A DNA stretch of 64,000 nt from Candidatus Latescibacterota bacterium (GTDB taxonomy: Bacteria > Latescibacterota > UBA2968), in NCBI GenBank assembly GCA_965222605.1, contig OZ244960.1, forward strand, positions 5,280,001 to 5,344,000, given 5' to 3'. Every line of letters begins with the position of its first letter. Within the stretch, counting starts at the first letter, position 1. Under the pieces are notes generated by a model that saw only the letters and a program-made list of their open reading frames with translations, was not told where the DNA came from and made no database searches. Shown here one piece after another: positions 47,311 through 55,473 of the stretch. The translations under genes were made by a program, and so were the position numbers.

Positions 47311-47583
47311 ATGCCCGAACCCGTCGAACTGTCAATTGATGGCGAACTCGATCTGCACCACTTTCATCCGGATGATGTCAAAATGCTCGTGCCCGATTAT
47401 CTCGATGAATGCAAACTGCGCGGCATTTCCGATGTGCGCATCATTCACGGCAAGGGCACGGGCGTTCTGCGCGAAATCGTCCACACCATCTTAAAACGCC
47501 GGCCCGATGTCATCGCATATCATCTCACCGATCACAACTGGGGTTCTACCTCTGTTGTACTCAACCTGAAAATAAAATCGTGA
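47311..47583 (+). CDS. Stand-alone Smr/MutS2 C-terminal domain protein
   Basis: ELDLHHF, VRIIHGKGTGVLR, WGST. Confidence 0.92.
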   Translation: MPEPVELSIDGELDLHHFHPDDVKMLVPDYLDECKLRGISDVRIIHGKGTGVLREIVHTILKRRPDVIAYHLTDHNWGSTSVVLNLKIKS

Positions 47584-48344
47584 CGCCCAATTTAGAACTC
47601 GTCGAATACATCCAAAACGCCAAGCGCATCCTCATCTTCACGGGCGCAGGTGTTTCCACCGCAAGTGGCATACCCGACTTTCGCGGTCCCAATGGCGTGT
47701 GGAAAACCCGACGGCCGGTTTATTATCGGGATTTTATGACCTCTGAAGAAGCGCGTATCGAAGCATGGGATCAAAAACTCGAAGGCTGGGCTGCATTTGA
47801 AAATGCCCGTCCCAATGCCGTTCACAAGGCTGTTGTAAAGCTCGAGCGATCAGACAAAGTCGAATGCGTCATCACACAAAATATCGATGGCCTGCATACC
47901 CGAGCTGGCACCTCACCCGAACGCTTGATTGAACTACACGGCACCAATGCAGAGGTCGAATGTCAGACCTGCGGCAAACGCAGCGATCCCGAACGCCACT
48001 ACGCTGCCTTTCGCCGCACAAAAAAACCTCCCCTGTGCGAATGCGGAGGTTATCTCAAATCTGCCACCATCAGCTTTGGGCAACTGCTCATTGAAGCGGA
48101 TTTGCACCGGGCAGCAAAAGCTGCGGCGAATGCAGACCTGGCGATCTCCCTGGGTTCTACCTTATCCGTCTATCCCGCCGCAAGCTTTCCATTATTGGCA
48201 GCAGAACGCGGCGTTCCCTATGTTATTATCAATAAGGGCAAAACAGATCACGACAGTTATGCAGATCTCGCATTGCGCCTTGAAGGCGATGTAACACAAA
48301 TTTTTCCACTATCTGTAGAAGAGGCACTTCAGCCTGTTCTGTAA
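47580..48344 (+). CDS. Sir2-family NAD-dependent deacylase (CobB-like)
   Basis: TGAGVSTASGIPDFRG, TQNIDGLH, ELHG, CxxC..CxC, GSTLSVYPAA. Confidence 0.93.
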   Translation: MTPNLELVEYIQNAKRILIFTGAGVSTASGIPDFRGPNGVWKTRRPVYYRDFMTSEEARIEAWDQKLEGWAAFENARPNAVHKAVVKLERSDKVECVITQNIDGLHTRAGTSPERLIELHGTNAEVECQTCGKRSDPERHYAAFRRTKKPPLCECGGYLKSATISFGQLLIEADLHRAAKAAANADLAISLGSTLSVYPAASFPLLAAERGVPYVIINKGKTDHDSYADLALRLEGDVTQIFPLSVEEALQPVL

Positions 48345-48374
48345 AGGGCAGGCTCTTTCACGTCTTATCTTTTT

Positions 48375-49607
48375 ATGCTCACTTCCGACCTTTTGCTCGT
48401 GCGCCGTCGCGGGCCTTATATCGAGCCTCGCTATGTGGATACCACAGCACCCAATATCATCGCGCTGGCAGAGGAAATTATCGCTATCTTCACCGATCAC
48501 CAGGGCAAGTTGCGCGGTGAATTACACAGTGCTTTGGACATGCGTGCGGCAGAGGCAACGGATTATCGCGTTCAACGCGGCCTGACCAAATTGCTCGAAG
48601 ACGACCGCTGTGAGTTTCGCATTGACAGCATTGCCGAACCCGAGGAAATTCGCACACAGATTTTTGGCCTCAGCCGAGAGAATCACCCGATTGTCCGCGA
48701 GCCTGATCTCCTCTATCCCGTCACGCGCGAACACATTCTCGACCAGGTCGCGCTCAAATATCAGACCTCGGCAGAAAATATCGCGCATAGCCTCTACGCA
48801 GATCTTCCACTCAATCACTATCTCGATCATTTTGATGCGCCTGATCCCGCGTGGTTGCTCAACCGCTACAATGTCGCACTCGCGCAGGCCATGTTCTATC
48901 GCTGCACCCGCATGCGACTCTCGGTGCATCGCAACTTACCCGTGCGCTACAAACAGCTTTTCAAGTTTATCAAATTTTATCGCCTGATTCACGATATCCG
49001 CGGCGACCGAGATGCGGGGTACGAAATCGTCCTCGACGGACCCATAAGCCTGTTTCGCCTCTCGCAAAAATACGGCATTCAGATGGCTGTTTTTTTGCCG
49101 GCTCTGCTCTTGTGTACCCGCTGGAAAATGGAAGCTAAGGTCAGACTCAAAGATGGCCGCGAAGGCGATTTTGTCCTGGACGACAATCACAATTTGCTTT
49201 CGCACTACAAAGATCAGACCATGTACGATTCTCTCCTCGAAGAGACCTTTGCTATGCGCTTTGAAAAAGCTAAGACCGACTGGGAACTCGAACGCGAAAC
49301 AGAAATTGTGAATCTCAAAAACACGGTTTTTATTCCCGATTTTGCATTCCGCCATCCCGATGGTCGCACGGCGCTGCTCGAGATCGTCGGTTTCTGGCAT
49401 CCCGATTATCTGAGGCGCAAACTCGACAAACTACGCCGCGCCAACCGCAAAGATCTCGTCGTCGCTGTCTCCCGTGACCTCAATGTGGAGGAAGAAGACT
49501 TCGAGGATGTGCCCGGGCATGTCTTCTTTTTTAAGACCCGAATCCAGCCTCAGGATGTCGTCCAACGCCTCGATCAAATTCGTCCGGAAGACTGTGTAAA
49601 TGATTGA
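48375..49607 (+). CDS. DUF790/Bax1-like endonuclease
   Basis: MLTSDLL, LYADL, RYNVALAQ, LDGP.SLF...KYG, YDSLLE, IPDFAF...EIVGFW.PDYL (PD-(D/E)xK-like). Confidence 0.9.
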   Translation: MLTSDLLLVRRRGPYIEPRYVDTTAPNIIALAEEIIAIFTDHQGKLRGELHSALDMRAAEATDYRVQRGLTKLLEDDRCEFRIDSIAEPEEIRTQIFGLSRENHPIVREPDLLYPVTREHILDQVALKYQTSAENIAHSLYADLPLNHYLDHFDAPDPAWLLNRYNVALAQAMFYRCTRMRLSVHRNLPVRYKQLFKFIKFYRLIHDIRGDRDAGYEIVLDGPISLFRLSQKYGIQMAVFLPALLLCTRWKMEAKVRLKDGREGDFVLDDNHNLLSHYKDQTMYDSLLEETFAMRFEKAKTDWELERETEIVNLKNTVFIPDFAFRHPDGRTALLEIVGFWHPDYLRRKLDKLRRANRKDLVVAVSRDLNVEEEDFEDVPGHVFFFKTRIQPQDVVQRLDQIRPEDCVND

Positions 49608-49722
49608 ACATTGCGCGTGGAAACCGTATATTTGAAACTTCTGTTCTTTTCACAGCATCCAAAAATAGATAACATCCGACCTGCAGAATTCACAACACGA
49701 TCTACTTTCAAAGGAGTGCATT

Positions 49723-52620
49723 ATGCGCAAATTATTCGCCCTTACACTTTTCAGCCTTACACTGCTTGCTTCACCCATCTTCGCCGGGTTTACGCGCATT
49801 AATGCGCCCAATCCCGACGATCCGATGGATGTACACGTCTATAAACTCGATAACGGTCTCACCGTTTATCTCACGGAGAACCACGAAGAACCGCGTTTTT
49901 ATGCCGAAATCGCCGTGCGTGCGGGAAGCAAACACGATCCCGCCGAATCTACGGGTCTGGCGCATTATTTAGAACACATGCTTTTTAAGGGCACGCAAAA
50001 TATCGGGACATTGGATTATAAGAAAGAAAAAATTCACATTGATCGCATTATCGCGCTCTACGAAGATCACTTCCGAGAAACCGATCCCGAAAAACGCAAG
50101 GCCATTTACGCAGAGATCAACAAAGCGTCTCAGCGGGCCGCACAATACGCTATCCCCAACGAACTTGACAAGCTCTACAAAGCTATGGGCGAGAGTGGCT
50201 TGAATGCACACACATGGCACGAAGAAACCGTGTACAAAGTGGGTTTGCCCAGCAATTATCTCACACACTGGGCAAAAATTGAGTCTGAACGGTTTCAAAA
50301 TCCCGTGTTTCGCCTGTTTCAACCCGAACTCGAAGTGGTATATGAAGAAAAGAACCGCACATTGGACAACAAAGGCTGGCTCATTAGCGAGGCTGTGAAC
50401 AGACGCCTGTACAAAAGTCATCCCTACGGGCAGCAAACTACGATTGGCGAGGTAGAGCACCTGAAAAATCCTTCGCTTAAAAATATGTATCAATTCTACG
50501 ATACTTATTACGTGCCCAATAATATGGCGATTAGTATTTCTGGCGACATTGATATCGATGCGACAATTCAACTGATTGACGAACATTTCTCAGCATGGAA
50601 AGCCAAAGATATTCCCGCGCTCAAAACATGGAAAGAACCGCCCATCAAAGGCGCCGAGCGCGTCACAGTCAAATTTCAAGGTGAAGAATACGTACTCCTG
50701 GCCTTTCGCACAAACCATCGCAATCACAAAGACGCCGGGGCACTGAAGCTGATTGATATGATCCTGGATAATCGCACAGCGGGGCTTATCAACCTCAATC
50801 TGGTGCAACAGCAGGAAGTGAGACGCGCTGGTAGTTATCCCTATTTAAACAACGACTACGGCGCGCAATATCTGTGGGGCATTCCAAAAAAAGATCAAAC
50901 ACTTGCAGATGTTGAGCAACTTCTGCTGGATCAAATTGCTATGATCAAACGCGGGGAATTTGATGAAAGTCTGCTGTCTGCAATTGTCACAGATTTTAAA
51001 AAGAATCAAAAACGGGGTTTGGAATCCAATCCCAGCCGGATCAGGCAAATGACCAGTGCATTTTTGGGATTTTCCGAATGGGACCACGAGGTGGCTGAAA
51101 TTGCTCGTATGGAAAAAGTCACGCGAGAAGATATTATGAGTGTAGCCAATCATTATTTTGGCGAGGGCTATGTTGCGGGCTATCGCATTGACGAACAACA
51201 CGAGTTGCCCAAAATCGATAAGCCCAAAATCGACAAGATTGATATTGATCCGACTCGGCAATCTATGTTTGCAAAAGATGTGTTGGCTATGTCTGCCGAT
51301 GAGCTTTCTCCCATTTTTGTTACCGACAAAGACTACACCATTGCACAAGTGCGGGATGGTGTAAAACTCTACTATGTGAAAAATCCGGTTAATGATCTCT
51401 TCACTTTTACGCTCAGCGTAGATGTGGGTACGTATCAGGATAATCGACTCAGCACGGCCAGATCTCTCATGGATAAATCTGGTGCTGGCGATCTGTCTCC
51501 CGACGCGCTGAAAAAAGAATGGTACAAACTGGGTACGGATTTCAATATTGGCGTGTCAGACAATGAAACCAATATCAGCATTTCAGGTTTAGATGAAAAT
51601 TTTGACGTATCTCTTTCGCTGATGATGAAATACGTCCAGACTCCGACTGCGGATCAGGCCACGCTCGATGAACTCGTCAAAATCACCCTCGCGCAACGCG
51701 AAGATCAAAAAAAGGATCCCCGATCTCTGCGCAATGCCCTGCGTTTTTACAGTCGCTATGGCGACAATTCGTCGTACAAACGCCGCATTTCTTCTGAAGC
51801 GTTGCAAAAGCTCACGGTTGCAGAATTACACGGTTTGATATCCAGCCTACCGACCTACGAACAGGCTCTGATTTACGGAGGCTCTAAGCCGCTGGACGAA
51901 GTTCTCGCTACGATCAAAGAGCACTTCGCCAGCAGTAGTGACTTAAAAACGCCCCCAGGTTATGAGCATCTTGTGGTTCACGCGCCGGACAAAACCGAAA
52001 TCCGATTCTTTCACAAAGAGACAGCTCAGTCTCAGGTCTTTGTCGAGTTTGGAGGCGTTGCGTTCGATACGGCACTTCGTCCAGCTATCGATCTTTACAA
52101 CGATTATTTTGCCGGGGGTATGTCGGGCATTGTGTTTCAGGAATTGCGCGAAGCCCGAGCACTGGCTTATTCTACATTTGCGCGGTATGATCTCGGCAGG
52201 CGCAGCAATGATCAGAATGTTATGTGGGGATATATTGGCTGCCAGGCCGACAAAACCTCCGAAGCTGTTACTGCATTGGCGGAGCTTATTGACGCCTTGC
52301 CCGAATCGCCCGAGCGTTTTGCAGAAGCCAAAAATTCTGTGGTTAATCGCTATCGCGTCGCTAAAATCAAATACCGCGAGTTGCCCGGCGTGTTGCGTAT
52401 TTGGGAACGCCGCAACCAGATGCCCGACCCGCGAAAAGAGCGGTTTGATCACATTCTCCAGGCTGAGATGCCGATTATGCTCGATTTTCACAAGCAGCAT
52501 ATTACTAAACGTCCCAAACTCATTTCTATTATGGGCGATACAACCAAATTTGATCTCAACAGTCTGAGGCCCCTCGGCGTGGTTACGCCCGTAACGCTGG
52601 ATGACTTGTTTGTGGAATAG
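49723..52620 (+). CDS. M16-family (insulinase-like) zinc peptidase, exported
   Basis: Signal peptide; GLAHYLEHMLFKGT (HxxEH); FQELREARALAYS. Confidence 0.93.
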   Translation: MRKLFALTLFSLTLLASPIFAGFTRINAPNPDDPMDVHVYKLDNGLTVYLTENHEEPRFYAEIAVRAGSKHDPAESTGLAHYLEHMLFKGTQNIGTLDYKKEKIHIDRIIALYEDHFRETDPEKRKAIYAEINKASQRAAQYAIPNELDKLYKAMGESGLNAHTWHEETVYKVGLPSNYLTHWAKIESERFQNPVFRLFQPELEVVYEEKNRTLDNKGWLISEAVNRRLYKSHPYGQQTTIGEVEHLKNPSLKNMYQFYDTYYVPNNMAISISGDIDIDATIQLIDEHFSAWKAKDIPALKTWKEPPIKGAERVTVKFQGEEYVLLAFRTNHRNHKDAGALKLIDMILDNRTAGLINLNLVQQQEVRRAGSYPYLNNDYGAQYLWGIPKKDQTLADVEQLLLDQIAMIKRGEFDESLLSAIVTDFKKNQKRGLESNPSRIRQMTSAFLGFSEWDHEVAEIARMEKVTREDIMSVANHYFGEGYVAGYRIDEQHELPKIDKPKIDKIDIDPTRQSMFAKDVLAMSADELSPIFVTDKDYTIAQVRDGVKLYYVKNPVNDLFTFTLSVDVGTYQDNRLSTARSLMDKSGAGDLSPDALKKEWYKLGTDFNIGVSDNETNISISGLDENFDVSLSLMMKYVQTPTADQATLDELVKITLAQREDQKKDPRSLRNALRFYSRYGDNSSYKRRISSEALQKLTVAELHGLISSLPTYEQALIYGGSKPLDEVLATIKEHFASSSDLKTPPGYEHLVVHAPDKTEIRFFHKETAQSQVFVEFGGVAFDTALRPAIDLYNDYFAGGMSGIVFQELREARALAYSTFARYDLGRRSNDQNVMWGYIGCQADKTSEAVTALAELIDALPESPERFAEAKNSVVNRYRVAKIKYRELPGVLRIWERRNQMPDPRKERFDHILQAEMPIMLDFHKQHITKRPKLISIMGDTTKFDLNSLRPLGVVTPVTLDDLFVE

Positions 52621-52630
52621 GAGTGGTCAG

Positions 52631-53722
52631 ATGAAAATTACCGAGGTAAAAACATATCATTTGCGATATCCATTGCGAGAGAAGTTCGCGATTTCGAGGG
52701 GATGGTCCACGAGCCGACAGGCGCAAGTCGTGGAGATCGCTACGGATAATGGCTTGATTGGGTGGGGGGAGGGAACAGGCGAAGTCCATCGATCTGCGAT
52801 TGACGCGCATATTGTGGGGCGCAGTCCCTTTGATTGTGGCGCGATCTATCAGGCGTTGTCCGATGGTGGGATAAGTCCGCAGGCGATCAGTGGGATAGAT
52901 ATTGCGCTATGGGATTTGATGGGCAAAGCTCTCGGGATGCCTGTGTATCAATTGTTGGGTGGGAAGGTGCGAGATAAGATTCCCGCGTATGCCACTGGGT
53001 TATTTTGCAAAGATCGCCCCGATGTGACACAGGCACTTGTCGATGAAGCAAAGGGGTATGTCGATATGGGCTTTCTGGCGATGAAAATGAAGATCGGATT
53101 TGGCGCGGCTTATGATGTCAAAAATGTAGCGGCAGTTCGGCAGGCGATAGGTCCCGATGTGTTGTTTGCAGTGGATGCCAATTGCGGGTATGATGTGGGT
53201 ACTGCCATCGATGTGGGGCACAAGATCGCACACAATGATTTGTTCTGGTATGAAGAGCCGATACCAACTGATGATGTGCGCGGGTATTTGCAGGTAAAAG
53301 GCGCGTTGCCTATACGCATTGCAGGCGCGGAAGGGCTGGCCGGTCGTTGGGCGTTTCGCGAGTTGATTCAGCAGCGAGCACTGGATATTGTGCAGCCCGA
53401 TATCAGCATTGCAGGTGGGTTTAGCGAATGTCGCAATATTGCGGTGATGGCGAGTGCAAATTATGTGCGGGTTTTGCCGCATATGTGGGGCAGTCATATT
53501 CGGTTGGCGGCGACTGTCCACTGGCAGGCTACCATTCCCGATGCGCCGGATGCGTTGAACCCAATTCCGTCTCTGTTTGAATACGATATGACGGAAAATG
53601 AGTTGCGGACGGAGTTGGCCGTGAATCCGATTCAGGCTATAGATGGCGAAGTGCCCGTGCCCGATGCACCGGGATTGGGCATTGAGATTGATCGAGATGT
53701 TTTGGAAAAATACGCTGTTTGA
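52631..53722 (+). CDS. Mandelate racemase/muconate-lactonising (enolase superfamily) enzyme
   Basis: GWGE, DIALWDL.GK, KMKIG, VDAN, WYEEP, QPD, PGLGIEID. Confidence 0.93.
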   Translation: MKITEVKTYHLRYPLREKFAISRGWSTSRQAQVVEIATDNGLIGWGEGTGEVHRSAIDAHIVGRSPFDCGAIYQALSDGGISPQAISGIDIALWDLMGKALGMPVYQLLGGKVRDKIPAYATGLFCKDRPDVTQALVDEAKGYVDMGFLAMKMKIGFGAAYDVKNVAAVRQAIGPDVLFAVDANCGYDVGTAIDVGHKIAHNDLFWYEEPIPTDDVRGYLQVKGALPIRIAGAEGLAGRWAFRELIQQRALDIVQPDISIAGGFSECRNIAVMASANYVRVLPHMWGSHIRLAATVHWQATIPDAPDALNPIPSLFEYDMTENELRTELAVNPIQAIDGEVPVPDAPGLGIEIDRDVLEKYAV

Positions 53723-53758
53723 GTTGATGTTTGATAACAGAAAAACAAAGGATCAACG

Positions 53759-54925
53759 ATGAAAATTCACGAATATCAGGCTAAAGAAGTTCTCAGATCT
53801 TTTGGCGTGCCCGTGCCCAATGGCGCGGTTGCGCGTACGCCCGAAGAGGCCGAAGCTATTGCCAAAGACCTCGGCGGTGCAGTGGTTGTCAAAGCGCAGA
53901 TCCACGCAGGTGGCCGCGGTAAAGGGGGCGGTATTAAACTTGCAGCCGACCCTGCCGAAGCCAAAGAAGCGGCATCCGAGATTATTGGCATGCAACTCGT
54001 TACCCCGCAAACGGGTTCTGAGGGGCAAAAGGTCAAATCTGTTTGGGTGGAAAATGCGACGGATATTGACCGCGAATTGTACCTGGGCATTGTGCTGGAC
54101 CGCGCGCAGTCGCGTCTGGTTGTTATGGCTTCCCGTGCGGGTGGTATGGACATTGAGGAGGTTGCTGCGACGACTCCGGAAAAAATTCTCAAAGAGGTCG
54201 TTCACCCCGGTGTTGGTCTCCAGCCCTTTCAGGCGCGGCGTCTCGCGCTCGGTCTGGGGCTTGAAGGCGATCAACTCAAACAGGGGGTTGGTTTTATAAC
54301 CGCCCTTTACAAAGCATATACAGAGACCGATTGTTCGCTCGCAGAAATCAATCCTCTCGTTGTGTCAAAAAGCGGTGAAGTTTTGGCTTTGGATGCAAAG
54401 ATGAACTTTGATGACAGTGCGATGTATCGCCATTCGGATATTCAGACATTGCGCGATGTTGACGAGGAAGACCCCCTCGAGGTCGAAGCTTCAAAATACG
54501 ATCTCAATTATATCAAACTCGACGGCGAAGTCGGCTGTATGGTCAATGGCGCCGGTCTGGCGATGGCTACGATGGATATTGTCAAATACGCGGGGTCTTC
54601 ACCGGCGAACTTTCTCGATGTTGGCGGGGGAACCAATGTCGAGCGCGTCAAAAATGCGATGCGCATTCTCACGTCGGACGAAGCGGTCAAAGCTGTGCTT
54701 ATCAATATTTTTGGCGGTATTGTGCGCTGCGACCGCGTGGCAGAAGGCGTTGTTGCCGCGCTTGAAGATATCGAAATCAATGTGCCGATCGTGGTGCGAC
54801 TGCAGGGGACCAATGCCGAGGAAGGCGCGCAAATTCTCGAAAATTCGGGTCTTGAATTTACCGTTGCCCGAAAACTCCAGGAAGCCGCTGAGGCCGTTGT
54901 CGCCGCGGTTCAAAACGCTGCATAG
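53759..54925 (+). CDS. sucC: Succinate--CoA ligase beta subunit
   Basis: MKIHEYQAKE, KAQIHAGGRGKGGG, NGAGLAMATMD, ANFLDVGG, NIFGGIVRCD. Confidence 0.97.
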   Translation: MKIHEYQAKEVLRSFGVPVPNGAVARTPEEAEAIAKDLGGAVVVKAQIHAGGRGKGGGIKLAADPAEAKEAASEIIGMQLVTPQTGSEGQKVKSVWVENATDIDRELYLGIVLDRAQSRLVVMASRAGGMDIEEVAATTPEKILKEVVHPGVGLQPFQARRLALGLGLEGDQLKQGVGFITALYKAYTETDCSLAEINPLVVSKSGEVLALDAKMNFDDSAMYRHSDIQTLRDVDEEDPLEVEASKYDLNYIKLDGEVGCMVNGAGLAMATMDIVKYAGSSPANFLDVGGGTNVERVKNAMRILTSDEAVKAVLINIFGGIVRCDRVAEGVVAALEDIEINVPIVVRLQGTNAEEGAQILENSGLEFTVARKLQEAAEAVVAAVQNAA

Positions 54926-54947
54926 ACCTGTGTTTATAAAGAAAAAT

Positions 54948-54981
54948 GAAAAGGGGCGCATGATGACAGGGTGCTCCTTTT
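54948..54981 (+). terminator. Probable terminator after sucC
   Basis: aaaaggggcgc-atgatgacagg-gtgctccttttt imperfect hairpin with T tail. Confidence 0.55.
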
Positions 54982-55238
54982 TGATGTGTCCTGTATTGAC
55001 AATATGGCAATAATCCAGACAATATGACAAATTGCACAAAATCCCACAAATTTCAAATTGAAAATAAATAATTGTTTTATATAAAATTACGAATATTCGA
55101 ATTTTATGGTATATATATTGCTTTATAGAATAGATGTTTATTATTACATCAACTTCATAGATAGAGTAAAAATTGTAGAACAGATAGCAGAATACTCAGA
55201 GAGGCTTAGAACATCACTTTGTTAGAAGGAGATTTATT

Positions 55239-55337
55239 ATGTTGCCAAACGACATATTGGAACTGTTAGAGGAGCGTCGAATTATATCAGCCAATCGCAG
55301 ACTTTACGACTATTATCTTAGTGTCGGAGTCAAGTAA
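55239..55337 (+). other. Short ORF (32 aa) with strong RBS; small protein or gene remnant
   Basis: AAGGAG then ATG: MLPNDILELLEERRIISANRRLYDYYLSVGVK*. Confidence 0.4.
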
Positions 55338-55473
55338 CTCATAAATCCCGATACCAATGAACTTCATCGCGTTGATCTGTGTCTCGTATGCGGCAAGCAA
55401 AAAGTTGAGAAATCGCTGAAAATCGCTTAAAGTAAAAAGTGTGATAAAACGCTATCTTTATAGGAAATAAATT

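Noticed and set aside
47580-48344. Sir2 as a Thoeris/DSR-type NADase effector
   Set aside because: Has the zinc-binding Cys motifs and length of a CobB-like deacylase, with no fused sensor domain
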